From Candidatus Poribacteria bacterium (GTDB lineage: Bacteria; Poribacteria; WGA-4E; PCPOR2b): a stretch of DNA of 64,000 nucleotides. The DNA lies in assembly GCA_965215015.1 (NCBI GenBank), contig OZ244042.1, positions 96,001 to 160,000 on the forward strand, read 5' to 3'. The notes below the pieces were generated by a model. The model saw nothing but the letters and a program-made list of their open reading frames with translations. It searched no databases and was not told the origin of the DNA. Positions within the stretch are counted from its first letter, which is position 1. Every line of letters starts with the position of its first letter. The translations under genes were made by a program, and so were the position numbers. Below are positions 9,783 to 20,086 of this stretch, one piece after another.

Positions 9783-12098
9783 TTACTCTTTACGTTTTAC
9801 ATTATCGTCTTCTCTAACGAGCGGTAACACAAACTGAAAATTGCTCCCTTTGCCTTGATTTCCATCGTCAATCCACAATTTCCCGCCGTGCGCCTCAACA
9901 ATACTTTTGGTAATTGGTAGTCCCAAGCCGGTGCCGCCTTGCTGGCGTGTGCTAATATCGCTGAGCTGGTAAAACTTGTCGAACACCTTTTGGCGTTCCT
10001 CGGCGGGAATACCAGGGCCCGTATCAATGATTTCAACATGCAGGAGGTTTCCATCGACTTTAAGTTTGACGTTCACTTCACCCTTATTCGGTGTGAACTT
10101 GATAGCATTGCCAATCAGGTTTGTAAACACTTGGCCCAGGCGCGCTTCATCGCCGCGAATCTCAGGGACCGATTCAGGAGCGGTCAGATCTAGCTGAATT
10201 GATTTTTCGTCGGCTTGGGGGCGAATCTCCTCAATCCGCTGCGTCACAATCTCCAAAAGCGAAACCGGTTCCTGTTCCATCTGTATCCGACCAGACTCAA
10301 TTCGGGAAATATCGAGCAAATCGTTGATGAGTGCGGCGAGTCGTTTCGATTGCCGTTGGACGCGAGCGAGACTGTTTCGCTGTCTATCGTTAATTGCCCC
10401 CGCTTTGCCATCTAAAATGAACGAAACAAAACCGATGATTGAGGTCAGTGGCGTACGCAACTCGTGAGAGACAAGTGAGATGAAATCGGATTTCATCTGA
10501 TCAATCTCTTTTTCACGGGTAATATCATCAAAAAGGTAGACCGTCCCAAGGGTCAGGCCGTTTTCGTCAAGGAAGGGACTGGCAATGATACGGAGCACTA
10601 GCCTCTCATCATGGCGAACCAACGTAATTTCAGAGATGAGACTTGTCTCCTCGTTCTTTGATGAAATTTGCTCCACAGGTTTATTCAGAGAAATTTGGCG
10701 TTGGTCCTCTTTGAAAATGTGAATCAGCTCATCGTTTTGGATAATCTCGGTGAAATCCTTATCAACGTCATCAGCACTGAGATTGAGGAGGCGTTCGGCG
10801 GCGGGATTGATGTGAAGCACTCGGGCACTTGAATCCACAAGGATTAAGCTTTCGGCAATACTATTGACGATTGCGGTCATCTTCTTTTCTTCGTCGGTCA
10901 ACTGTTTGACCGCACTTTTGAGATTCCACCGCATCGAATTAAATTCTTCCGCCAGAATGCCGACTTCATCCTTACTGGTGACCTGAATTTCCTGATCGAA
11001 CTCTCCGCGACCAATCGCGCGTGCTGCCCCTGTGACTTGCCGAATCGGCGTCACAATGCGTTGGGAAACGAGGAGAGCAATTGCGATGACAACCAAACAG
11101 GAAATCAACGTGAACGACAAGATTCGCTTGGTGAATTCTGTCACTCTGTAGAAAGCTGATGAGGTAGGTAGCGAAACCAACACCATCCAATTTGTAAAAT
11201 TTTGTCCATCATTGGTAAATGCAAAGTTTCGTCTATCATCTATTTCTTGCCATAGTTGGGGAGGTGTACGCGCCCAGCCATAGACTCGTTGTTCTCCTTG
11301 TGCATCTGTTTCACCATCCATGTTGTATCCCTGATATTCATCGCTTTTGCTAATTGAAGTAAGTATTGCCTCCATTGCAGCGTCGCTCATTTCAACATGA
11401 TCCGAGAAATGGTATCCGCTGCCCGGAGTCGCACAAATAACCCGTCCGAACGCATCAACGAGGCAAATTTCCATCTCCTCTTTTTCAAGATCGACCGCCT
11501 CTGAGAGTTTAGGAAGCGGGGCGACAACTCTCAAGACGCCGACCACTTTCGATTCGGGAGGGGGGGACGGAATAGGTAAAGTCTTTGACACATAGTGTTG
11601 CTGCGCTTCGGCGTCATATTGGATATCGCTAATCAATTCATGACCGAGCCCGTTATTATAAGCCTTGTACCACCACGGTTCATCTATCTTATGAAAGAGT
11701 AGCCGGTTATCGGTTGTGAAAATGACCTGCTGATGCCAGTTGGTAATAATAATTTCGCTATTTTCGCCGAAGTGCCTTTCAAGCTGCGCGACGTTGTTCG
11801 ACAACGCTTTGTGTGCCTCTTGGAGTGTTGATAGCCGGTTATCATCGTTGGTAGATGAAACTTTCTCGCTTATGTTTCGCCATCGAGGAGACCGCAGGCG
11901 ATTGATAATCGTATGGTTTGCTTGAACTATTGTGTCTCCTGCCACTCGTTCGAGTCCATTACCGATTTCGTTTTTCAACGCACTTTTCCCGTCCCGGTGC
12001 GCTAAAAAAGCGACAACAAGCAAGGGAATAAGCGATACTAGCAGAAAGAGCAGAACGAGTTGCCCCCGCAATCCCATTCTAAGACGTAGACGTTTCAT
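9783..12098 (-). CDS. Membrane sensor histidine kinase (periplasmic sensor, HAMP, PAS, HisKA, HATPase)
   Basis: Two TM helices, H-box SHELRTPL, NLIGNAIKF, DTGPGI, GGTGLGL. Confidence 0.92.
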   Translation of the reverse strand: MKRLRLRMGLRGQLVLLFLLVSLIPLLVVAFLAHRDGKSALKNEIGNGLERVAGDTIVQANHTIINRLRSPRWRNISEKVSSTNDDNRLSTLQEAHKALSNNVAQLERHFGENSEIIITNWHQQVIFTTDNRLLFHKIDEPWWYKAYNNGLGHELISDIQYDAEAQQHYVSKTLPIPSPPPESKVVGVLRVVAPLPKLSEAVDLEKEEMEICLVDAFGRVICATPGSGYHFSDHVEMSDAAMEAILTSISKSDEYQGYNMDGETDAQGEQRVYGWARTPPQLWQEIDDRRNFAFTNDGQNFTNWMVLVSLPTSSAFYRVTEFTKRILSFTLISCLVVIAIALLVSQRIVTPIRQVTGAARAIGRGEFDQEIQVTSKDEVGILAEEFNSMRWNLKSAVKQLTDEEKKMTAIVNSIAESLILVDSSARVLHINPAAERLLNLSADDVDKDFTEIIQNDELIHIFKEDQRQISLNKPVEQISSKNEETSLISEITLVRHDERLVLRIIASPFLDENGLTLGTVYLFDDITREKEIDQMKSDFISLVSHELRTPLTSIIGFVSFILDGKAGAINDRQRNSLARVQRQSKRLAALINDLLDISRIESGRIQMEQEPVSLLEIVTQRIEEIRPQADEKSIQLDLTAPESVPEIRGDEARLGQVFTNLIGNAIKFTPNKGEVNVKLKVDGNLLHVEIIDTGPGIPAEERQKVFDKFYQLSDISTRQQGGTGLGLPITKSIVEAHGGKLWIDDGNQGKGSNFQFVLPLVREDDNVKRKE

Positions 12099-12110
12099 GA
12101 TAGATTCCTG

Positions 12111-12449
12111 CTATGAACCAAATGCGCCCGTTGCCGATTCTTCATCTGAATAAACTTCGAGAATCGTGTTGAGGCGAGTGACCTGCAAGACATTGAGGAC
12201 AGTGTGTTGTGGATTGAGCAGGACCAGTTTTGCATCCATCTTCTTGAGGAACTGCAAGGTCGCGATAATTATTCCCAGTGCCGTACTATCTAACAGAGGA
12301 ACCTTCGCCATGTCCAAGACCAGACCGCCTCCACCCTGCTCAATCTGTTTATCCATTTCACGTTTGAGCGCGTTGGCCGCGCCACCTATGATTTTTCCAT
12401 CAATTCGGATAACTGGAACATTATTATGACTGATCGATGTTTCAAACAT
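12111..12449 (-). CDS. STAS-domain anti-sigma factor antagonist
   Basis: Motif LDSTALG; the start overlaps the end of rsmG. Confidence 0.85.
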   Translation of the reverse strand: MFETSISHNNVPVIRIDGKIIGGAANALKREMDKQIEQGGGGLVLDMAKVPLLDSTALGIIIATLQFLKKMDAKLVLLNPQHTVLNVLQVTRLNTILEVYSDEESATGAFGS

Positions 12450-13149
12450 CTAAGAAGCTCCTTCGTCGTATAGCAACGTAAGTCCGATTTAGCTTAGGGA
12501 TGGGACTACTAACAATAGATGGATCCCTACCCCCCAGCGATTGTAATTTAGGGGTTGCCTGCTGAATTTCACGCTGCATCTCAGGGGACTTATAAGCAAC
12601 CCATGTTCCATTTGACTTCAATAGCGGAAGACAGTAAGCCACCGAAACCTCTAGAGAAGCAACGTAACGGGTCAAGACCCAATCGTAAGCAGTTATGTGC
12701 GGACTGTTTGTTGCACATTCTTCAGCTCGTTGGGCGATGATACGAGGGGGTTCCCACGAGCCCGAGGTTTCTGTTTGGCGGTTCCGGCTCAGTTGAGAGA
12801 TGAGAAACCGCAGAAAACTTGCCTTCTTCAATGAGGGTTCAACTAGAACTAATTTAATGTCAGGCATATAAATTTTAATCGGCAGTCCCGGAAAACCTGC
12901 CCCCGTCCCGATATCAATCACCGAATCTCCGGGGTTAATGTCAAAACATTGTAGCACACTTAGCGAATCGAGAAAATGCTTTACAATAATTTCTTGATCT
13001 CCCCGAATCGAGGTCAAGTTCATCCGCGAATTCCAACGTTTGAGCTCACGCCAATAAATGACGAACTGATTAAGTTGCACAGGTTCCAATGGAAAACCGT
13101 ACTGAAGAAGTATCTGTTCTAATTCTGCTCGAAATTGGCTGGACATCAC
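12442..13149 (-). CDS. rsmG: 16S rRNA m7G527 methyltransferase RsmG (GidB)
   Basis: Motifs WN..MNLTS, HFLDS, DIGTGAGFPG, RAE; lies downstream of mnmG. Confidence 0.95.
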   Translation of the reverse strand: MMSSQFRAELEQILLQYGFPLEPVQLNQFVIYWRELKRWNSRMNLTSIRGDQEIIVKHFLDSLSVLQCFDINPGDSVIDIGTGAGFPGLPIKIYMPDIKLVLVEPSLKKASFLRFLISQLSRNRQTETSGSWEPPRIIAQRAEECATNSPHITAYDWVLTRYVASLEVSVAYCLPLLKSNGTWVAYKSPEMQREIQQATPKLQSLGGRDPSIVSSPIPKLNRTYVAIRRRSFLDV

Positions 13150-13273
13150 GTCTCAAACTTGTTGCGCGGTATGCCAGACTAATGGATAACGGATTGTAGC
13201 GAACTTGCGTTGCGTAATTACATGGCAACCGCGTCTTCCCACTTCCACACTTGATAAGAATATCACAAACGCA

Positions 13274-15163
13274 TCACGCCTGTGGTTGCATCTGTCGTTT
13301 GTATTGCTCAACCCAGACCATAAGTATTGAAATGTCCGCAGGTGAAACACCGGGGATACGCGATGCTTGCCCAACAGAGATTGGACGAATCTTTGCGAGT
13401 TGTTCACACGCCTCTGTTTTTAGACTATGCACGGAGGTATAATCAAAATCGTCCGGAATCCGAAAGTGCTCCATCTTTTTGAACTGTTGAATTTGCGTAG
13501 TTTGACGATGAATGTATCCTTCGTACTTGATCTGAATTTCGACCTGTTCCTCCACAACTTCGGGCAACGGTTGGGGATTTGGGGCGAGCCGCTTGATTTG
13601 CTCATAATGAACTTCTGGACGCTTGAGCAATTCCGCCAATGAAGTGGGTTGACCGATTTCACCAATTCCAACAGATTTCAAAAGGGTTTGTGTGTCGAGT
13701 GATGGTTTCAACCGTGCCTGTTCTAAGCGATTCTTTTCCACCTCCACCAATTTCCGCTTTATTTGGAAACGCTCGTAGGCATCAACCGTCACCAGATTAA
13801 TCTGACGTCCCATCTCCGTCAATCGTAGGTCCGCGTTATCCTCGCGTAACGCTAGCCGATACTCTGCGCGCGAGGTAAACATCCGATACGGTTCACGGAT
13901 ATCCTTGGTTACGAGGTCGTCGATTAGAACGCCGATGTACGCTTGGGAACGATCGAGAATAAGTGGCTCTTCAGCCCGCACCTTCAAGGCAGCATTAATC
14001 CCCGCCATTAATCCTTGTGCGGCAGCTTCCTCATAGCCGGTGGTGCCGTTGAGCTGACCAGCGAAGTATAGGTGCTCTACCCACTTGGTTTCAAGGGTTG
14101 GGTAGAGCTGAGTCGCCGGGGCGAAATCGTACTCTACCGCATAGGCGAAGCGCATAATCTCAGCGTTTTCCAAGCCTGTGATGCTATGCACCATATCCAC
14201 CTGAACATCCTCCGGCAAACTTGCGGAAATTCCATTGAGGTAGATTTCATCTGTATCCCTGCCCTCCGGTTCAACGAAGACCTGATGGCGATCTTTGTCA
14301 GCAAAGCGTACAACCTTGTCCTCAATTGACGGACAATACCGGGGACCAATCCCGGTGATTCTACCACTGTACATAGCGGACCGATGGAGGTTATCGCGGA
14401 TAATCTGATGCGTTTTTTCGTTCGTGTACGTTAAGTGACACGGCATCTGAGACTGAGTGATTTTTTCCGTTGAGAACGAAAAGGGGCGAGGCTGTGCATC
14501 GCCAGGTTGAATCTCCATCACATCAAAATTCACGGTATGTGCATTGACACGCGGCGGCGTTCCGGTTTTCAGACGACCGATTTCAAATCCAAGGTTCAGA
14601 AAATTCTCCGATAGCTTTTCAGCCGACGATTCTCCTGCCCGCCCAGCACTGTAGGATACATCGCCAAGATGCACTAAGCCCTTGAGGAATGTACCCGTCG
14701 TCAAAATAACCGTCTTAGCAAGGTAGGCGGTTTGGGTGTTGCCCAATATGCCAATACATCTACCATTTTCGGTCAACAGCTCATCAACCAACATCTGCTT
14801 AATATCGAGGTGCGGTTGCCGCTCTAGGACGCGTTTCATCTCGGACTGATACGCGTGTTTGTCTGCCTGGGCGCGGCTTGAACGAACAGCCGGACCCTTC
14901 TTTGTATTCAATTGACGAAATTGGATGCCCGTTTTGTCGATATTCTTCGCCATCTCGCCGCCGAGTGCGTCAATCTCCTTAACGAGGTGCCCCTTTGCAA
15001 GCCCACCGATTGCCGGGTTACAGGACATCTTCGCAATGGTGTCAAGGTTGATTGTGACAATCAACGTCTCGCAGCCCATTCGGGCCGAGGCAAGGGCAGC
15101 CTCACAACCCGCATGACCCGCGCCAACAACAAGAACATCATATTGTTTGTGATAGGTGTTCAT
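13274..15163 (-). CDS. mnmG: tRNA uridine-5-carboxymethylaminomethyl modification enzyme MnmG (GidA)
   Basis: Motifs GAGHAGCEAA, SCNPAIGG, GPRYCPSIEDK, GQLNGTTGYEEAAAQG. Confidence 0.98.
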   Translation of the reverse strand: MNTYHKQYDVLVVGAGHAGCEAALASARMGCETLIVTINLDTIAKMSCNPAIGGLAKGHLVKEIDALGGEMAKNIDKTGIQFRQLNTKKGPAVRSSRAQADKHAYQSEMKRVLERQPHLDIKQMLVDELLTENGRCIGILGNTQTAYLAKTVILTTGTFLKGLVHLGDVSYSAGRAGESSAEKLSENFLNLGFEIGRLKTGTPPRVNAHTVNFDVMEIQPGDAQPRPFSFSTEKITQSQMPCHLTYTNEKTHQIIRDNLHRSAMYSGRITGIGPRYCPSIEDKVVRFADKDRHQVFVEPEGRDTDEIYLNGISASLPEDVQVDMVHSITGLENAEIMRFAYAVEYDFAPATQLYPTLETKWVEHLYFAGQLNGTTGYEEAAAQGLMAGINAALKVRAEEPLILDRSQAYIGVLIDDLVTKDIREPYRMFTSRAEYRLALREDNADLRLTEMGRQINLVTVDAYERFQIKRKLVEVEKNRLEQARLKPSLDTQTLLKSVGIGEIGQPTSLAELLKRPEVHYEQIKRLAPNPQPLPEVVEEQVEIQIKYEGYIHRQTTQIQQFKKMEHFRIPDDFDYTSVHSLKTEACEQLAKIRPISVGQASRIPGVSPADISILMVWVEQYKRQMQPQA

Positions 15164-15165
15164 CC

Positions 15166-15573
15166 TTAACTATGTCCCAAATAACTGAGGGTGCAGCATA
15201 ATTCAAGGCGTGCCCTCGCTGGATTGGCACAGGATTGCCTGAGGACATTGTACGGCGTGTGTTTCCGCTTGCCTCGGTGATGAAACGCCGGCACTATGTG
15301 CTCATATGGAATACCTGCCTCCAGAAGTTCATCGGTAATACCGGTTTCTGTACCGTCATGCTGAATCCACACCTTGCCATCGCGGATGTCCACATGAAGT
15401 ATCGCACCATGGATGCGATGGTAGCCGTCCCATCCTGCGTAAACCATTTCATAGTGCCCCTGTGCATCGTCAAAAATTGTTTCTACCACAATGTCACCGC
15501 AAGGGGGCTTAATTGCCGCGTATTCTCAAATAATCCGCTTAACTATTTCTGCAAATCTTGCTACGTCAGCCAT
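15166..15573 (-). pseudogene. xisI: XisI family pseudogene
   Basis: Reads MADVARFAEIVKRII*EYA...GWDG..RIHG..LHVDIRDGKVWIQHDGTE. In-frame TGA at 15526-15528; abnormal C-terminal extension. Confidence 0.8.
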
Positions 15574-15995
15574 TGTTGAATCACCTCTTGATCGGGGTCA
15601 AAGACAATCACTTCCAATGGATAATCCTATCTGACAACACACCCTAACTCTGCGCTGAAAACGCCGTGAAAAGCGTCCCTCGGCACAGCGAGATACAATG
15701 TGCGCTCTGGATGCCGCCGTTACATCAGGCTACGGTAAAGGAGATACTGGCCGAGAGCGTTTTCCAAGTCATCCACTTCTGAATGTCCCACAAAACTCTT
15801 GACTTCTATGGCAATCTGTTGCCCTTCTTTCTCGGCAGGAAGCATCTGCTCTGCGCCGAAACCCACATACAAGTTATGCAATCCGAATGGAAGAACAAAT
15901 GGATCGGGCGTAATCCACCACCCATCTTTGACGAGGACATTCTTCACAACGTCATGGTAAATGTCACGTCGGGGCAAGGGAGATTCCCTCGTCAT
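15561..15995 (-). pseudogene. xisH: XisH family pseudogene
   Basis: Reads RDIYH..VKN.LVKDGW.IT, IAIEVKSF, ALGQY. The frame continues through TAA (15720) and TAG (15627) to RTLYLAVP...VFDP.QEVIQQW. Confidence 0.8.
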
Positions 15996-16004
15996 AAGGT
16001 CAGG

Positions 16005-16973
16005 TTACAATCCCGAATAAATGATGTCTAGCACCAATCGCCCGACAATCTCCAAGCTTTCTGCGCTACATTTGTCAGGGGTATCCTCCACTGTGTGCCA
16101 GTACGGATAATCGAAGTCAATAATATCAATTGTCGGGACGCCTGATTGGATGAGGGGCAAGTGATCATCCATGATTGCAAGTCCCAATCGGCGTTGAAAC
16201 GCCGGTAACCCCAATTCTGCAGCCCGCTGCCAGACTGCCTCCGTCAAATCTCGCGCGGCATTCCACGAATACCGTTCCATCGGTAACTCTAGCACCCGGT
16301 CGCCAACCATGTCTAACAGGATACCAAAATCTGCCTCCCATCTACCCATGTTCTCGGCGAAGTATGTTGAGCCCAGGAACATATTGGAAAGCGTTCTGCC
16401 GTAATCTTCGCCATCAAACAGAACAATGATAACTTGGATCGGAGGCGGTTTAGATTTCAGAACTCGTGCGATTTCCAACAGAACTGCCACGCCCGAAGCA
16501 CCATCGTTCGCACCGAGGATTGGCGTGTCCCGGTTGGCTGGACTCGGATCCCGATCGGCAAATGGACGCGTGTCCCAGTGTGCTGCGAGGAGCATCGTGC
16601 CACCCGAATCTTCCCCGAAACGCGCCAAGATATTATTCATCTGAATCGTTTTGTCTTGGTCCCGAAATTCAAAAGGTTGAAACACAACCTCATCGGCATA
16701 TTTCTCGAGTTCTGCGAATAGATATACCCCTGTTTCCTGATGAGCGGTCGTCCCCGGCACACGCGGACCGAACTCACACTGCTTTTCTAAGTAGGCAAAG
16801 GCACGTTTGGCGTTAAAAGTGCCATCGCTAGAGGTTGCCTCTGCTAACGTCGACGGAGACGAATCAGCGTCGGATTCAGCATAAACCAAGACTCCATCCA
16901 AACCGAAGCGCACTATGCCCAGTACACTCCACAGGAAGACCCAAAACTTCAGTTTACAAGATAATCGGTTCAT
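16005..16973 (-). CDS. M28 family Zn metalloprotein, glutaminyl-peptide cyclotransferase-like
   Basis: Signal peptide; motifs AHWDTRP, GANDGASGV, FDGEDYG, LLDMVG, DDHLP, YWHT.EDT. Confidence 0.8.
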   Translation of the reverse strand: MNRLSCKLKFWVFLWSVLGIVRFGLDGVLVYAESDADSSPSTLAEATSSDGTFNAKRAFAYLEKQCEFGPRVPGTTAHQETGVYLFAELEKYADEVVFQPFEFRDQDKTIQMNNILARFGEDSGGTMLLAAHWDTRPFADRDPSPANRDTPILGANDGASGVAVLLEIARVLKSKPPPIQVIIVLFDGEDYGRTLSNMFLGSTYFAENMGRWEADFGILLDMVGDRVLELPMERYSWNAARDLTEAVWQRAAELGLPAFQRRLGLAIMDDHLPLIQSGVPTIDIIDFDYPYWHTVEDTPDKCSAESLEIVGRLVLDIIYSGL

Positions 16974-16987
16974 CGTTTATTTTAGGC

Positions 16988-17587
16988 TTAAATGCGCCGG
17001 CGCCCTTCTAAAGCTTTAGCAAGTGTCACCGCGTCTATATACTCAAGATCACCGCCGACCGGAATCCCATAAGCAATTCGGGTGGTGGTAATCTCAAGAT
17101 GTTCGAGTTGTTTTGTCAAGTAGAGAGCGGTCGCCTGACCTTCAGTGGTGTAATTTGTTGCGAGGATGACCTCTTTGATGGCTTCACTGTGAATCCGCTG
17201 AAAGAGTTGGTCAATCCTGAGATCTTTCGGTCCCACACCGTCCAACGGCGATAAAACACCCATGAGCGCGTGGTATAAACCTTTATATTCCTGCGTACGC
17301 TCAATTGCCAAGAGATCATCTGGCTCTTCAATGACACAAATTGTTTGGCGATCTCGCCTCGTATCTGTACAGATATAACAGGGCTGCTGATCTGTGATAT
17401 TTCCGCAGACCGTGCAGTAATCTAGATGAGTCTTTACCTCGGAGAGTGCTCGCGCCAGTTGAGCCGTGTCAGATTCGGGCATTTTTAACATAAAAAATGC
17501 TAAACGTTGCGCCGTTTTGGCACCGATTGTAGGGAGCTTTTGCAACTCGTTGATAAGACGTGCTAGCGGTTCAGGATAATGGAGCAT
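16988..17587 (-). CDS. recR: Recombination mediator RecR
   Basis: HhH (LPTIGAKTAQRLA), C4 zinc finger, TOPRIM, RIAYGIPVGGDLEY. Confidence 0.97.
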   Translation of the reverse strand: MLHYPEPLARLINELQKLPTIGAKTAQRLAFFMLKMPESDTAQLARALSEVKTHLDYCTVCGNITDQQPCYICTDTRRDRQTICVIEEPDDLLAIERTQEYKGLYHALMGVLSPLDGVGPKDLRIDQLFQRIHSEAIKEVILATNYTTEGQATALYLTKQLEHLEITTTRIAYGIPVGGDLEYIDAVTLAKALEGRRRI

Positions 17588-17699
17588 GCTGAGTTTTTGT
17601 CCGGTACGCTGCGCCAGAGAAGTCTAGCCCTTATAGCCTTTGTGCTAGTTGGTGAGGATATCCAGGTTACTGGTTCATTAGTTCATTAATGGACCAATT

Positions 17700-18008
17700 T
17701 TACATCAGCCCCGGAATTTTAACGCCTCCAGTCAATTTGCTCATCTCTTGCGTCATTAATTCTTGCGCTTGATGCCGCGCTTCATTGACTGCAGCAATGA
17801 TAAGATCTTCGAGCATTTCGATATCATCTGGATCAACAACCTCCGGTGAGATTGTGAGCGACATGAGTTCCTGCTGGCCATTGACAACAGCTGTTACCAT
17901 ACCGCCGCCAACGGTTGCTTCAACAGTGCGAGTGGCAAGCTCCTCTTGAATGTCAAGCATGCGCTTTTGCATCTGTTGCGCTTGTTTCATCAGATTATTC
18001 ATATTCAT
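17700..18008 (-). CDS. ybaB: YbaB/EbfC nucleoid-associated protein
   Basis: Motifs KQAQQMQ, GGGMV, EMLEDLI.AAVNEA; lies between dnaX and recR. Confidence 0.95.
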   Translation of the reverse strand: MNMNNLMKQAQQMQKRMLDIQEELATRTVEATVGGGMVTAVVNGQQELMSLTISPEVVDPDDIEMLEDLIIAAVNEARHQAQELMTQEMSKLTGGVKIPGLM

Positions 18009-18135
18009 TTGAATGACCTCTTGTAGATCCTGTTAAATAGTTATAGTCTGAGATTCTATCATTAAGTACGCAGTACACTTTGTCCACTTGGGAGTTCATT
18101 CTCAAAGTGAGAGTATACATCTCCTCCAACAAAGG

Positions 18136-20004
18136 CTATTTGGGTTCAATTTTAAGAATCTTCGCCTCAAATAGCTTAAGCACCGGCGCGACCTCCGAGT
18201 CTCGTTCGGCTTGGTGCTGGAGCATCATTGGTGTTATCTCTTGAGACCTCCGAGAAGGCGGCAGCGTCGCGTTGACATGGGGGTTCGCGCTTGAAGCAAC
18301 GAAGCTAATTTGAACGGGTGCCCTAAGGAGATCGGCAAGCATCTCCTTGAGTAACCTCTTTTCGCCATCATTAATTGCCTCTGTATAGATTGGCGGACAA
18401 GCTACTTTCAACTCTAGCCCGTTACCTGACAGGGCTGCCCCCCCCGCGTTACTTGGCTGCGGCTTTGCGCTTTTCAAGTATCCATGCAATAACATCTTGC
18501 CTTTGTCTTGCAGCCTTACCAACAGTTCTTCCCAAATCTTTGCCAATTCATTTGAATCAGACATCACGTGCTGTACATCGTCAGGAATAGATTTGATATG
18601 GGGTTGGCCCGCACCGTCTCTATCCATATAAGTATCGGTAGAAACTGGCCTCGGCTCAATCTGAGTTTCTGAAGATGATTGTGCTCTATATTTTGAGGCT
18701 TGGGGGCCCGCTATTTCTCCATCTGTGCTGGGTTCTAAAACTGGTGCAAGGGCAGAATTTCTTGGCGCAGGTCCACCAGTTGATTCGGGAGCTGTTGGCG
18801 GTACATAGGTTCTACCTGGAGACCCCCTCCGATCAATCTTGTCCTCAATTTCTGATAGCCGCTTCAAAATCTTGGTCAGCTGGATGCCCTCTTGGATTGA
18901 GCAAGCATCAATTAGTGCAGATTCAAGATGGATTTGTGCATAGCCATGCTGCTTAATTTCACTGCTTGTTCGCATCAGAATTTTGATAATCCGTGAGAGG
19001 CGTTCTGGAGAAGCTAGATGCGCTTTCTCCTTCATTAGCTCCAGTTCTGACTTGGAAACCTGAATTATATCTTCTAAGTTCGATCCAATAGCTAAGAGCC
19101 TCAAATTTCTGAAGCTGGTAATCTGTTGATGGAGGCATTGGGTCAAATCCGTCCCATTCTTCACCAATTTATCGAGGGCTTGGAGTGCCGCTGGCAAGTC
19201 ACTTCCCAAGATTGCATCAATCAGCTTATTTATCAAATAACTTGAACCGAACCCCAGTATCTGGTTGATCTGATCCACATCAAGATCTTTACCGATTGAT
19301 GCGGTCAGTCGCTCTAACAAATTTTCGGCGTCCCTCAGACAGCCCTCCGATTGCAGAGAAATCAGCGATAGGCCTTGTGTATCAATATGGACACCCTCCG
19401 CTTCACAGAGGACTTGCAGCCGTCCCATGATCTGATCTTGCTCCATGTAGCGAAAGTCAAAATCTTGGCAGCGGGATACAATTGTCTTCGGAATTCTGTG
19501 GTGTTCGGTTGTTGCAAGGATAAAGATGACGTGCGGCGGGGGCTCTTCAAGCGTTTTCAGCAGGGCATTAAACGCTTCTTGCGTGAGCATATGTGCTTCG
19601 TCAATGATGTAGATTTTATAACGGCAGGCAGCGGGAGCCAGCTTAGTATTCTCGCGTAGCTCGCGGATGGGGTCAATACCTCGATTGGAGGCGGCGTCCA
19701 TCTCAACGACATCGAATGAACGTCCCTGAGAGATTTCCGAGCAGAACTGGCAATTATTGCAAGGTTCAGCTGTAAGCTCTTGACTAAACTCGGTCTCTTG
19801 CTGACGATTGGGGCAATTTACCGCTTTCGCGAGAATACGAGCGACCGTTGTTTTTCCGGTTCCCCTCGGGCCCCAGAACAGATAGGCATGTCCAATCCGA
19901 TCCGATAGGATTTGATTTTTTAGGGTTGTTATCACATGCGTCTGACCAACCACATCTTGAAATGATTGGGGACGCCATTTCTGAGCTAAAACCTCGTAAG
20001 ACAT
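18136..20004 (-). CDS. dnaX: DNA polymerase III subunit gamma/tau
   Basis: Motifs MSYEVLAQKWRP, GPRGTGKTT, DAASNRG, IDEAHML, TIVSRC. Confidence 0.97.
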   Translation of the reverse strand: MSYEVLAQKWRPQSFQDVVGQTHVITTLKNQILSDRIGHAYLFWGPRGTGKTTVARILAKAVNCPNRQQETEFSQELTAEPCNNCQFCSEISQGRSFDVVEMDAASNRGIDPIRELRENTKLAPAACRYKIYIIDEAHMLTQEAFNALLKTLEEPPPHVIFILATTEHHRIPKTIVSRCQDFDFRYMEQDQIMGRLQVLCEAEGVHIDTQGLSLISLQSEGCLRDAENLLERLTASIGKDLDVDQINQILGFGSSYLINKLIDAILGSDLPAALQALDKLVKNGTDLTQCLHQQITSFRNLRLLAIGSNLEDIIQVSKSELELMKEKAHLASPERLSRIIKILMRTSSEIKQHGYAQIHLESALIDACSIQEGIQLTKILKRLSEIEDKIDRRGSPGRTYVPPTAPESTGGPAPRNSALAPVLEPSTDGEIAGPQASKYRAQSSSETQIEPRPVSTDTYMDRDGAGQPHIKSIPDDVQHVMSDSNELAKIWEELLVRLQDKGKMLLHGYLKSAKPQPSNAGGAALSGNGLELKVACPPIYTEAINDGEKRLLKEMLADLLRAPVQISFVASSANPHVNATLPPSRRSQEITPMMLQHQAERDSEVAPVLKLFEAKILKIEPK

Positions 20005-20086
20005 AATTACCCCCATCAGGCGAAGCGGGGTTGACCCAAGGGATTCTATCTGACGAAAGCAAAAGGGGAAGGGGATAAAAAAATCC

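Noticed and set aside
15526-15722. Stop-codon recoding (Sec/Pyl or alternative code) in xisH/xisI
   Set aside because: All three stop types occur, and core genes terminate normally with TAA, TAG and TGA, so this is simple pseudogenisation.
18136-20004. Programmed frameshift in dnaX producing gamma
   Set aside because: No A-AAA-AAG or long A-run slippery site was seen in the linker; a G-run near 18440 is insufficient evidence.
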